From: Thermoleophilaceae bacterium
GTDB lineage: Bacteria > Actinomycetota > Thermoleophilia > Solirubrobacterales > Thermoleophilaceae
DNA: 58,890 bases
Reading direction: 5' to 3'
Assembly (NCBI GenBank): GCA_036389105.1
Contig: DASVQK010000052.1
Coordinates: 1-58,890, forward strand
Shown in pieces: positions 42,891 to 52,008 of the stretch. Position 1 is the stretch's first letter, and every line of letters begins with the position of its first letter. The position numbers were made by a program, and so were the translations under genes. A model generated the notes under the pieces. It made no database searches and was not told where the DNA came from. It saw nothing but the letters and a program-made list of their open reading frames with translations.

Positions 42891-42963
42891 TGGCGAGGGC
42901 CGGAATCGAACCGGCGACACCACGATTTTCAGTCGTGTGCTCTACCAACTGAGCTACCTCGCC
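42891..42963 (-). tRNA. tRNA-Phe (anticodon GAA)
   Basis: GGCGAGG-TA-GCTC-AGTTGGTA-GAGC-A-CACGA-CTGAAAA-TCGTG-GTGTC-GCCGG-TTCGATT-CCGGC-CCTCGCC-A folds as a full 73-nt cloverleaf. CCA is not encoded. Confidence 0.95.
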
Positions 42964-43123
42964 CGCGCGGGCGATGGTAGCGGCGGACGGGGCCGCATCG
43001 GAGCCAGCTGAGGCAACCGCCATCCGCAACCCGGAAGGCGCCCACGACGGAGCGATAAGGCGCCACAACTCGACGGCACCCGGCGACCCGTCCGCCCCGC
43101 CACGCTAAGTTGAGCACGCGGCA

Positions 43124-43504
43124 ATGAGCGAGCTCATCCACACGTGCTACCGGATCGGCGACGTCGATCGCTCCGTCGCGTTCTACGAGGCCCTCGGCTT
43201 CGAGGAGGTCGGCCGGCTCCCGATCCGCGACGAGGCCGTCAACGTCTTCATGGGCCTCCCCGGCGACGGCCCACGGCTCGAGCTGACCCACAACTTCGGC
43301 GTCGACTCGTACGACCTCGGCACCGGGTACAACCACATCGCCATCACGGCGGAGGACCTGGACGGAACCCTGGCGAAGCTGAAGGAGCAGGGCATCGAGC
43401 CCGAGAAGCCCCCCTACACCGTCAGCGACGGCGGCTCGCGCCTCTGCTTCGTCCGCGACCCGGACGGTTACCGGATCGAGCTCATCGAGAGGAATCCCGC
43501 CTGA
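43124..43504 (+). CDS. gloA: VOC-family lactoylglutathione lyase (glyoxalase I)-like protein
   Basis: MSELIHTCYRIGDVDRSVAFYEALGF..LELTHN..YNHIAI..FVRDPDGYRIELIE is the typical GloA pattern. Confidence 0.8.
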   Translation: MSELIHTCYRIGDVDRSVAFYEALGFEEVGRLPIRDEAVNVFMGLPGDGPRLELTHNFGVDSYDLGTGYNHIAITAEDLDGTLAKLKEQGIEPEKPPYTVSDGGSRLCFVRDPDGYRIELIERNPA

Positions 43505-45003
43505 TGCGCCGTGTCCTCCCCCTCGTCCTCGCCGTCTGCGCCCTGGCCGCCGTCGCCGCCCTCGCCTTCACGGGCTGCGGCAGCAGCAAGTCCGCCAAGA
43601 GCCCGCTCGACGACGCCCTCGGCTACCTGCCCAAGGACCCCTTCCTGGTCGTCGCCATCAAGACCAACGTGGACGACGAGCAGTACAAGCGGATCAACTC
43701 GATGATCGACAGGTTCCCCTTCTCGGGTCAGCTCAAGCAGGGCTTCAAGAACGGCCTCAACAGGGGTGACGGCCAGCGCTACGACTTCGACAAGGACATC
43801 AAGCCGGCGCTCGGCAACGACATCGTCTTCGCCATCCCCAACGAGGCCGTGGCCAACGCGGGCGACCGCAACTTCGTCCTCGTCTGGAAGATCAACGGCG
43901 GCGACGCCAAGAAGCTCCTCGGCCCGAGCGACCGCAAGATCGGCGAGTCCGACGGCGCGGACATCTACTCGGACTCCAACACCGATACCTTCGACGCGGT
44001 CGACGGCAGCGTCCTCGTCTCCGCTCCCACGCGGGCCACGCTCGAGGCCGCGCTCGACCAGCGCGACTCCGGCGACCGCCTCACCGTCAGCGACTTCGAG
44101 CGTAACCTCGACGGCCTGAACGCCGACGCCCTCGTCCGCGCCGAGGGCGACATCGAGAAGATCCTGGCCTCCGACGAGGACAGCGCCAAGGCGCGCAAGG
44201 TCCCGTGGGTCAACGCCCTCCGCACCTTCGCCGCCACCACCGCCGCCGACCCCGACGGCGTCTCGATCGACTTCAAGGTGAACACCGAGGGCTCGCTCGG
44301 CCCGGAGCAGCTGCCGCTCGCCGCGGGCACCACGGCGCCGCCGGTGGTCAAGCGGCCGGGCGAGTTCGCCATCGCGCTGCGCGACCCCGCCCAGCTCGTC
44401 AAGTTCGTGGAGGACGCCAGCCTGGCGACCGACGACGAGAGCAAGGCCGACAAGGGCAAGGTGGAGAAGGCGCTGGGCGTGGACATCGACCGCGACCTGA
44501 TCGGACAGCTCGGCGGCAACTCGGCCTCGTCGATCGCCTTCGACGGGGGCTACGCGGTCCGCGCCGACCTGAAGGACACCCCCGCCTTCAGGAAGACCCT
44601 GGCCACGGTCATGCGCAACCTGCCCGCTGCCCAGCGCGCGACCGGGGACGACGACCAGCCCACCACGGTGCGGCCGGCCCCCGACGGCTTCTACGCGCTC
44701 GACGACGGCACCGGCTCGACCCAGTACGTCGGCATCGTGGGCGACAGGGTCGTGCTGGCCGACGACGTCAATCGGGCGAAGGAGTTCGGCGCCCAACCCG
44801 CCTCGGCGCTCGCCGAAGCGCAGGGTGCGCTGGCGCTCTCGGCCGATCCCAAGTCGATCGTCGACTCGATCATCCGGAAGAAGGCGACCGGCGCCACCGC
44901 CATCCTCGGCACGACCGTGACGGGGCCGCTGAAGGACCTGACCGGCTGGGTGTACTCGGAGCAGAGCGGCCTGCGCGGCCACTTCAAGCTGACCGTTCGC
45001 TGA
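43504..45003 (+). CDS. Lipoprotein, DUF3352-like
   Basis: ATG 43504 overlaps the gloA stop (TGATG). The N-terminus MRRVLPLVLAVCALAAVAALAFTGC carries a lipobox. Confidence 0.75.
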   Translation: MRRVLPLVLAVCALAAVAALAFTGCGSSKSAKSPLDDALGYLPKDPFLVVAIKTNVDDEQYKRINSMIDRFPFSGQLKQGFKNGLNRGDGQRYDFDKDIKPALGNDIVFAIPNEAVANAGDRNFVLVWKINGGDAKKLLGPSDRKIGESDGADIYSDSNTDTFDAVDGSVLVSAPTRATLEAALDQRDSGDRLTVSDFERNLDGLNADALVRAEGDIEKILASDEDSAKARKVPWVNALRTFAATTAADPDGVSIDFKVNTEGSLGPEQLPLAAGTTAPPVVKRPGEFAIALRDPAQLVKFVEDASLATDDESKADKGKVEKALGVDIDRDLIGQLGGNSASSIAFDGGYAVRADLKDTPAFRKTLATVMRNLPAAQRATGDDDQPTTVRPAPDGFYALDDGTGSTQYVGIVGDRVVLADDVNRAKEFGAQPASALAEAQGALALSADPKSIVDSIIRKKATGATAILGTTVTGPLKDLTGWVYSEQSGLRGHFKLTVR

Positions 45004-45015
45004 CCGCGAGCCGGC

Positions 45016-45801
45016 CTAGCTGCCGGCCGTGTCCCAGCTCTGGAGCAGCGGCAGCGGGTCGATCGGATGCCCACCCGTCTGCCACGGGCCCACCCACTCC
45101 TCGAAGTGAAGGTGCGGTCCCTCCGCGGCGCCGGTGTGGCCGACGCTCGCGATGCGGTCGCCCGGCGACACGCTGTCGCCGGCGTGCACCTGCAGCGAGC
45201 CGGTCTGGATGTGCATGAGCGCGTACTCGTGCACCCCGTCGGCGTCGTGGATCACGACGTAGACGCCGGCGCCACTCGGCTGGTCGCCGATCAGCCTGAT
45301 CGTGCCCTTCACGGGCGAGACGAGCGGCGTCCCCTCGGCCGCCATCACGTCCTGCCCCTGGTGGATGTGGCCGGTCCGGCCCGCGCCGAAGCGCGCCCCC
45401 GCGTCGCCATATGTGTGCGGCCCGGCGATGGGGAAGAAGGATCCGCTCGACGGCGCGACCGGGGTGGGCGGGGTCGCCGCAGCGGCGCGACGGCGGCGGC
45501 GCTTGGCCTTGGCGCGCGCCTTTGCGCGGGCACGGGCGCGGGCCCTTGCCTTGGCGCGCCGCTTGGCGAGCTTCCGTGCGCGTGCCTGCGCGCGCTCGGC
45601 CTCCGCGCGGTCCCGGGCGGCGGCGGCGAGCGCGTCGGCCGGGCTGGCGCCTCCGGAGACCTCGCCGGCGGTGTCGCCCGAGAGCGATGCGGCTGACGGC
45701 GCCGTGGCGCCTCCGGACGTGACCGCGAAAGCGGGCACTGCCGAAGCGGCCAGCGCGGCGGCGGCAAGAACGGCGACGAGGAACGATCGGCGGAGGGCCA
45801 T
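45016..45801 (-). CDS. Secreted M23-family peptidase with Lys/Arg/Ala-rich linker
   Basis: Signal peptide MALRRSFLVAVLAAAALAASAVPAFA. M23 motifs HIHQGQDV and GHTGAAEGPHLHFE. The track ORF to 48561 is an out-of-frame fusion and is rejected. Confidence 0.85.
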   Translation of the reverse strand: MALRRSFLVAVLAAAALAASAVPAFAVTSGGATAPSAASLSGDTAGEVSGGASPADALAAAARDRAEAERAQARARKLAKRRAKARARARARAKARAKAKRRRRRAAAATPPTPVAPSSGSFFPIAGPHTYGDAGARFGAGRTGHIHQGQDVMAAEGTPLVSPVKGTIRLIGDQPSGAGVYVVIHDADGVHEYALMHIQTGSLQVHAGDSVSPGDRIASVGHTGAAEGPHLHFEEWVGPWQTGGHPIDPLPLLQSWDTAGS

Positions 45802-45884
45802 CCCCCAGGCGGTCGTCCCCCCGCGGCGGAACCTTGCCCCGGTGAATGGGATCTTGCAGCGCCGCGGCCGCGAGCCTGTCGCCC

Positions 45885-48155
45885 CTACGCCTCCTGAATC
45901 CGCCTCATCAACTCCACCGCGCCGTCCTTGTGCAGCGGCTCGTTGAGGTTGCCGCACTTCGGCGACTGCACGCACGACGGGCACCCCTTCCGACACGGGC
46001 ACTCCTGGATCAGCCGCAGCGCGTCGTCCACCAGGCGCTCGAACTGCTCGAAGCCCGCGCGCGTGATGCCCACGCCGCCCGGGTGGCCGTCGTAGATGAA
46101 CACGGTGGCGCGGCCGGTCTGGTGGTGGAACGCGGTCGACAGCCCGCCGATGTCCCAGCGGTCGCACATCGCGATCAGCGGCAGCACGGCGATCTGCGAG
46201 TGCTCGGCCGCGTGCAGCGAGCCCTGGAGCACCTCCAGCGGGAACTCGTCGCGCAGCAGCTTCTCTGGGAGCACGTACCACAGCGCCTGCGTCACGAACC
46301 GCTGCTCGGGCAGCTCCACGGGCAGCAGGTCGAGCACCTCGTGGTCGGACACGCGCTTCTTCTGGAAGGCGACAACCTCCTCGCTGACCGACACCATCCC
46401 GAAGTTGAGCTCGACGGTGCCCAGCATCCGCTGCCGGCGTACCTCCTCGATGTAGGTCTCTGTCTCCTTCTTGGGCTGCGTGTACCAGTCGCCGCCGAAC
46501 TCGCGCACCAGCGCCTGGCGGCCGCGCAGGTCCAGCTCCTGCACCTCGTAGCTCTGCCCCAGGTGCATGTAGACCGCGCCCGGGTGGACGGTCGAGAAGG
46601 CACGCTCGGCCTCCACCGTGCCGATCGCCTCGCCGCGCTTCTCCTCGATGACCGCGAACGCGTCGATCGACGCCGAGCGCAGGGAGATCCGCCCGGCGGG
46701 GAAGCCGTCGCCGCGCGGCAGGTAGCGGCCACCGCGCTCGCCCAGCTCGCCGATCCGCACCAGCCGCTCGGCGTACGCCTCCCAGCGCGGACCCAGGATG
46801 TCGCGGTCCTCGGCGGTCAGCGGCAGCTCGTAGGCGGCCGCCGCGATGTGCGGCAGGTGGATCGACTCGGACTCGTGGTCGAGGATGGCCGACTCGACCG
46901 GCCGGTCGAGGAACTCCTCGGGGTGGCGGCAGAAGAACTGGTCGAGCGCGTCCTCGCCGGCAACGTACAGCGCGAGCCCCGTCTGGCGTCGGCCGGCGCG
47001 CCCCCACATCTGGCGCAGGCTGGCGACCGTGCCGGGGAAGGTGACGCAGATCGCCGCCTCGAGGTCGCCCACGTCGATGCCCAGCTCGAGCGCGTTGGTG
47101 GCCACGACGGCCAGCAGGTCGCCCTCGGACAGCCGGCGCTCGATGTCGCGACGCTGCGACGGCGTGTAGCCCGCGCGGTAGGGCGCGATCCGCTCGGCCA
47201 GGTCGGCGCGACCGTTGTCCTCCAGCCGCAGGCGGGTGAACTTCTGCACCAGCTCCACGCCGCGGCGCGAGCGCATGAAGCAGATCGTGCGCACGCCGTC
47301 CTCCACCAGCCGCGCGAGAATCGCCGCCGCCTCGCCCAGCACCGACGCGCGCGCGCCGGTCTGCTCGTCCACCAGCGGCGGGTTCCACATCACCACCTTG
47401 CGCTCGGCGCGCGGGGCGCCGTCGCGGTCCACCAGCCGGCAGTCCGCGCCGGTGAGCCGCTCGGCCAGCTCCTCTGGATTGGCGATCGTCGCGCTGGCCA
47501 GCACGAACCGCGGCTCCGTGCCGTACGCGCGCGCCAGCCGCCGCAGCCGACGCAGCACGTTGCCCACGTGCGAGCCGAACACGCCGCGATACACGTGCGC
47601 CTCGTCCACCACCACCCACGCCAGGTTGGCCAGCACGTCGCCCCACTGGCGGTGGTGCGGCAGCACCCCCACGTTGAGCATGTCGGGGTTGGAGAGGATC
47701 AGGTTGGAGCGCCCGCGCACCGCCCGGCGCTCCTCGCGCGGCGTGTCGCCGTCGTAGATCGCGTGGCGCAGGAACGGCGCGCGCAGTCCCGACAGCTTGC
47801 GAGCCTGGTCCTGCGCCAGCGCCTTGGTGGGATACAGGTAGAGCGCGCGTGCGCGCGGGTCGCGCGCGAGCGTGTCCAGCACCGGCAGGTTGAACGCCAG
47901 CGACTTGCCGCTGGCGGTGCCGGTGGTGACGATCGTGTGCCCCTCGCGCGCGGCGGCCAGCGCCTCGGCCTGGTGCGAGTACAGCTCGCGCACGCCCGTG
48001 CGGTCGAGCGCCTCGAGCAGCGCGGGGTGCAGGTCCGCCGGAAGCGGCACGGTCTCCGCCTTCCGTGCGCCCAAGCGGCTCTCGGCCACCACCTGCTCGC
48101 CGCGGCCGGCCTCGATCAGCCCGTCCCAGGGCGCTTGCTCGCGAGTCACGGCCAC
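45885..48155 (-). CDS. DEAD/DEAH-box helicase with C-terminal DUF1998-type 4-Cys domain (MrfA/YprA-like)
   Basis: Walker A TGTASGKSLAF. DEAH-box VVVDEAHVY. The C-terminus ECPCRKGCPSCVQSPKCGNLNEPL is a Zn-ribbon typical of DUF1998. Confidence 0.85.
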   Translation of the reverse strand: MAVTREQAPWDGLIEAGRGEQVVAESRLGARKAETVPLPADLHPALLEALDRTGVRELYSHQAEALAAAREGHTIVTTGTASGKSLAFNLPVLDTLARDPRARALYLYPTKALAQDQARKLSGLRAPFLRHAIYDGDTPREERRAVRGRSNLILSNPDMLNVGVLPHHRQWGDVLANLAWVVVDEAHVYRGVFGSHVGNVLRRLRRLARAYGTEPRFVLASATIANPEELAERLTGADCRLVDRDGAPRAERKVVMWNPPLVDEQTGARASVLGEAAAILARLVEDGVRTICFMRSRRGVELVQKFTRLRLEDNGRADLAERIAPYRAGYTPSQRRDIERRLSEGDLLAVVATNALELGIDVGDLEAAICVTFPGTVASLRQMWGRAGRRQTGLALYVAGEDALDQFFCRHPEEFLDRPVESAILDHESESIHLPHIAAAAYELPLTAEDRDILGPRWEAYAERLVRIGELGERGGRYLPRGDGFPAGRISLRSASIDAFAVIEEKRGEAIGTVEAERAFSTVHPGAVYMHLGQSYEVQELDLRGRQALVREFGGDWYTQPKKETETYIEEVRRQRMLGTVELNFGMVSVSEEVVAFQKKRVSDHEVLDLLPVELPEQRFVTQALWYVLPEKLLRDEFPLEVLQGSLHAAEHSQIAVLPLIAMCDRWDIGGLSTAFHHQTGRATVFIYDGHPGGVGITRAGFEQFERLVDDALRLIQECPCRKGCPSCVQSPKCGNLNEPLHKDGAVELMRRIQEA

Positions 48156-48180
48156 GGCTTGGCATAGTAGGCGCCCGCCG

Positions 48181-49002
48181 ATGTCCCTCCGCTGCGTCTA
48201 CACGGACCTCGACGGGACGCTGCTCGGGCGCGGCGCCTCGCTGTTCCGCGACGCCGACGGCGGCTTCACCCTGCTGCCGGCCCGCGCGCTCGAGGCCTGC
48301 CACCGCGCCGGCGCCGAGGTGGTGCTCAAGTCCGGCCGTCGCAAGGCGCAGGTGATGGAGGACGCGCGCCTCTTGGGTCAGACCTCCTACATCTACGAGG
48401 TCGGCTGCGGACTGGTGATCGACGGCGAGGAGACCCTGCTGACCGGCCACTTCCAGCCGCGCGACGGCCGGAACGTGCACGACCTGATCGAGGCGTCGGG
48501 CGCCCCGCGCCTGCTGCTGGACACCTACGCCGGGAGGCTCGAGTACCACTCGCCGTGGCACCGGAACCGGGAGATCTCACACCTGATGCGCGGCCTGGTG
48601 GACGCCCACGAGGCCGACGCGCTCTTGGAGGAGCACGGTCACGGCGGCCTGCGGCTGGTGGACAACGGCGTGATCGCGCCGAAGGACAGCCTGCCGGACC
48701 TGCCGGGCCCGCCGCACGCCTACCACCTGATCCCGCGCGGATCGTCGAAGGCGACGGCGGTGGCCCGCCACATGCAGGCGCGCGGCTACGCGCCGAGCGA
48801 GGCGATCGCCGTGGGCGACTCGCGCGAGGACCTCGACGTGGCGCGGCACGTGGGCCGCTTCTTCCTGGTGGCCAACGCGGTGGAGCGCGACCCGTCGATC
48901 CGCGAGGCCATATCCGGCGCGGGCAACGTGGAGGTCACGGAGGCCCGGAACGGCGAGGGCTTCTACGAGGCGGTGGTCAGGTCGCTGGCCGAGGGCCGCT
49001 GA
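48181..49002 (+). CDS. HAD-superfamily (Cof-like) hydrolase
   Basis: MSLRCVYTDLDGTLL is the DxDGT motif. Later come SGR, K, and GDSREDLD. Confidence 0.75.
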   Translation: MSLRCVYTDLDGTLLGRGASLFRDADGGFTLLPARALEACHRAGAEVVLKSGRRKAQVMEDARLLGQTSYIYEVGCGLVIDGEETLLTGHFQPRDGRNVHDLIEASGAPRLLLDTYAGRLEYHSPWHRNREISHLMRGLVDAHEADALLEEHGHGGLRLVDNGVIAPKDSLPDLPGPPHAYHLIPRGSSKATAVARHMQARGYAPSEAIAVGDSREDLDVARHVGRFFLVANAVERDPSIREAISGAGNVEVTEARNGEGFYEAVVRSLAEGR

Positions 49003-49005
49003 GCC

Positions 49006-49860
49006 TCAGCGATACCCGCGCTTGCGCAGGAACCGCCGCAGCGCCTTGATGTACCGCTTGCCGTGGGCGCCGAAGTCGCCCGGTTGGGCCTTCAGCTCCC
49101 CGCGCCGGTACGCGTTGCGCACCACGCGCCAGCCGCGCTTGCCCTGCCCCAGCAGGTACTGGTCGGCCACGTAGGCCGCCAGCACGCCCCTCACGTCCAG
49201 CTTCTCGCGCCGCGCCGTGCGGTAGCGCGACGCCTGCGACTTGAGGTCGGCACGGATCGTGTTGGGGAAGTTGCGTGTGACGTCCACCAGCCGCCCGGCG
49301 CCGTAGTGCCAGACCTGCACGGGCAGGCCGGAGAACAGGTACGCGGTGAACGCGTAGGCGAAGGCGTCGTCCGCGGAGCGCAGCTCCGGCCGGCCGTCGT
49401 GGTCGATGTCCACCAGTTGGTACGACGGGTCGCCCCAGCCGTGGACCAGCCGGCCGTAGCTGTCGCCGGCCGCCCGGTATCCGTAGATCACCGAGTAGGT
49501 GCAGCAGTGCGCGCCGCCCGTGTACAGGTCGACGACCGCCTCCGGCTCGCCGTCCTTCTCCAGGTCCACGAGCGACATCGAGTTGACGCCGGCAGCCGCC
49601 CCCGCGGGGATGACCGGGCACTCCCTGCACGGCGCGGGCACCGGAGCGTCCAGGACGATACGGCCGGCACGCCTGATCTCCATGTGCACGTCCCTGTACT
49701 GGAAGTCGCTCTCGCGCTGGTAGCTGAACTTGGCCTGCACCTGGCCGCTGACCGCGGTCTCGGTCCTCGGAGTGGCCGCGAGGGTCGGAGCGGCCGCGGC
49801 GAGGAAGGCGGCGAGCACGAATGCAGGCGGAAGCGAACGAAGGCGCGTCACACCGTGCAT
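49006..49860 (-). CDS. Secreted hypothetical protein
   Basis: ATG 49860. Signal-like N-terminus MHGVTRLRSLPPAFVLAAFLAAAAPTLAA. D-x-D-G-type motifs (LEKDGEPE, DIDHDGRPE). Confidence 0.65.
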   Translation of the reverse strand: MHGVTRLRSLPPAFVLAAFLAAAAPTLAATPRTETAVSGQVQAKFSYQRESDFQYRDVHMEIRRAGRIVLDAPVPAPCRECPVIPAGAAAGVNSMSLVDLEKDGEPEAVVDLYTGGAHCCTYSVIYGYRAAGDSYGRLVHGWGDPSYQLVDIDHDGRPELRSADDAFAYAFTAYLFSGLPVQVWHYGAGRLVDVTRNFPNTIRADLKSQASRYRTARREKLDVRGVLAAYVADQYLLGQGKRGWRVVRNAYRRGELKAQPGDFGAHGKRYIKALRRFLRKRGYR

Positions 49861-49914
49861 TCCACCACCGCGGCCCGCCGGAAGCTCCACTCGACGCCCG
49901 CGTAGGCTGAACGC

Positions 49915-51099
49915 ATGAGCGCCACGGCCCCCACCCGCACGCCGCGCTTCACCGCCGTCCTGCGCGGGGACGAGGGGCGCGTCACGCCGCTCGAGCTGTT
50001 CTTCGACCTCGTCTTCGTGCTCGCGCTGACCCAGTGCACCGCCCTGATGGCCCACGAGGCGACCTGGGAGGGTCTGGCCAAGGGCATGCTCGTGCTGGGC
50101 GTGCTCTGGTGGTCGTGGGTGGGCTACGCGTGGCTGACCAGCGTGGTCGACCCCGAGGAGGGGAGCGTGCGACTGGCGATCTTCGCCGCGATGGCCGCGT
50201 TCCTCGTGACGGCGCTCTGCGTGCCGGAGGCGTTCGACCGCCTGGGCGGCCTGTTCGCCGGCTCCTACGCCGCGGTGCGCGTGGCCCAGGTCGCGCTCCT
50301 GCTCGTGGCCGGCCGCGACGACCCCGCCCTGCGCCACTCCGCGTCCGGGCTGGCGGCCAGCACCGCGGTGGGCGTGGGCATCCTGATCGCCGCCTCGTTC
50401 GCCGACGGCGCCCTGCAGGGGGGCCTGTGGGCGCTCGCCCTCGCGCTCGACATGGCCGGGCCGCTGGTGATCGACTCGAGCGGTTGGCGGCTCGTGCCCG
50501 GCCACTTCGCCGAGCGTCACGGGCTTATCGTGATCATCGCGTTGGGTGAGTCGATCGTCGCCATCGGGACGGGCGTGGCCGGCGTCGACGCCGGCGTGGT
50601 GGTGGCCGCGGTGCTGGGCATCGCGGTGGCGGGAGCGCTGTGGTGGATGTACTTCGACGTCGTCGCGCTCGTGGCCGCGCGGCGGCTGTCGAACGCCAAG
50701 GAGGGACAGGAGCGCAACGAGGTCGCGCGCGACTCCTACTCCTACCTCCACTTCCCGATGGTGGCGGGGATCGTGCTGATCGCGCTCGGCATGAAGAAGA
50801 CCCTGGGCCACGTGGACGACCCGCTGAAGCCGGTGCCGGCCGTCGCGCTCTTGGGCGGCACCGCCCTCTACCTGCTGGCGCACGTGGCCTTCCGCCTGCG
50901 CAACATCCGCACGCTCAACAGGCAGCGCCTGCTCCTCGCCGTCGTGCTCGTCGCCCTGATCCCCGCGGGGGTCGAGCTGCCGGCGCTGGCCACTCTCGGG
51001 ATCCTGGCCGCTCTGCTCACCCTCCTGATCGTCTACGAGACGATCCGCTTCGCCGAGCGCCGCGAGAAGATCCGCCGCGAGCTCGCGCACGAGGGGTAG
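49915..51099 (+). CDS. Low-temperature-requirement A (LtrA) family membrane protein
   Basis: VTPLELFFDLVFVLALTQ plus a polytopic profile is typical of the LtrA N-terminus. Confidence 0.8.
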   Translation: MSATAPTRTPRFTAVLRGDEGRVTPLELFFDLVFVLALTQCTALMAHEATWEGLAKGMLVLGVLWWSWVGYAWLTSVVDPEEGSVRLAIFAAMAAFLVTALCVPEAFDRLGGLFAGSYAAVRVAQVALLLVAGRDDPALRHSASGLAASTAVGVGILIAASFADGALQGGLWALALALDMAGPLVIDSSGWRLVPGHFAERHGLIVIIALGESIVAIGTGVAGVDAGVVVAAVLGIAVAGALWWMYFDVVALVAARRLSNAKEGQERNEVARDSYSYLHFPMVAGIVLIALGMKKTLGHVDDPLKPVPAVALLGGTALYLLAHVAFRLRNIRTLNRQRLLLAVVLVALIPAGVELPALATLGILAALLTLLIVYETIRFAERREKIRRELAHEG

Positions 51100-51176
51100 A
51101 ATCCGCTAGTAACGATCGCCACTTGCCCGTGTACCTCCGGGCAGAGCGAATCGATCGGACCCAAAAGGAGGGTTTG

Positions 51177-51875
51177 ATGAACTTCTCGGACTCGCACCAC
51201 TTCCGCAAGACAGTCGCGGGAGCGTGCATGCTGGTGGCGCCGCTGCTGTTCGTCATCGCGTTCGTCGTCTCACCCAGGCTGGAGACGAGCGCCGGCAAGC
51301 AGCTAGGCGTGGCGGCCGACAACCTCGACAGGTACTACATCGCCAACCTGATCGCGATGATCGGGCTGTTCCTCGTCGTCCCGGCCGTTCTGGGGCTGAT
51401 GCACATGCTGCGCGAGCGGCGTCCCGGCTACGGCGCGATCGGCGGCGGGCTGACGGCGCTCGGCGTACTCGCCTCGCTCGTCGGCATCGGCGTCGGCTTC
51501 GTCGTCTGGCAGATGGCCAAGGACGGCGTGCAGGCCGCGGACGTCAACGCGATCCACGGCGTGTCGCACGTCGCGGGCGCCGTGATCCCGGTCTACATCC
51601 TCGGGATGGTCGGCGCCGTGGGCGCCGTGATCCTGGGCGCGGGGCTGTACCTGTCCCGGGTCGTGGACTGGTGGATGGCGCTGTTCTTCGCGGCCGGCGT
51701 CGTGTGCATCAACGTCGCGTTCCCCGCGGGCGTCCTGGGCCTCGCCATCGTGGGCGCCGCCCTGATGCTCGTCGGGCTCGGCTCGGTGGGCCTCATGGTC
51801 CTCCGCGAGAGCGACGCCGACTGGGAGCACACCCCCGAGTACCGGGGCATGCGCCCGGCCGCCGGGATGAGCTGA
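51177..51875 (+). CDS. Polytopic membrane protein, function unknown
   Basis: ATG 51177 follows AAAGGAGGG. It has about 6 hydrophobic helices. Confidence 0.7.
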   Translation: MNFSDSHHFRKTVAGACMLVAPLLFVIAFVVSPRLETSAGKQLGVAADNLDRYYIANLIAMIGLFLVVPAVLGLMHMLRERRPGYGAIGGGLTALGVLASLVGIGVGFVVWQMAKDGVQAADVNAIHGVSHVAGAVIPVYILGMVGAVGAVILGAGLYLSRVVDWWMALFFAAGVVCINVAFPAGVLGLAIVGAALMLVGLGSVGLMVLRESDADWEHTPEYRGMRPAAGMS

Positions 51876-52008
51876 ATCTCCGAGCGGCCGGCTCGCCGGC
51901 CGCAGGCGGAGCGAGGCAGGCGAGCGCCCCCACCGTGGGGCGCTCGTCAGTTCTCGGGCCGGAAGCAGGCGCGCGGGCGAGCGGCCGGATCGTTCATGCT
52001 GCCCGTCC

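Larger units (their letters stand above)
36160..42932 (-). mobile_element. Integrase-less, decayed genomic island integrated at tRNA-Phe
   Basis: It is bounded by the 45-bp direct repeat. It contains an IS N-terminal fragment, an ssb-like gene, a small winged-helix gene and at least three disrupted ORFs. Several stretches look more A/T-rich by eye. Confidence 0.75.

Noticed and set aside
45480-45620. Short periodic GC-rich repeats that could look like a tandem repeat or a mini CRISPR-like array.
   Set aside because: They encode the K/R/A linker of the M23 peptidase in frame. There is no repeat-spacer structure.
45885-48155. DISARM-like defence interpretation of the helicase plus DUF1998.
   Set aside because: There is no DrmB/DrmC/methyltransferase context. 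The fused single-gene architecture and core-genome surroundings fit MrfA/YprA-type repair helicases.
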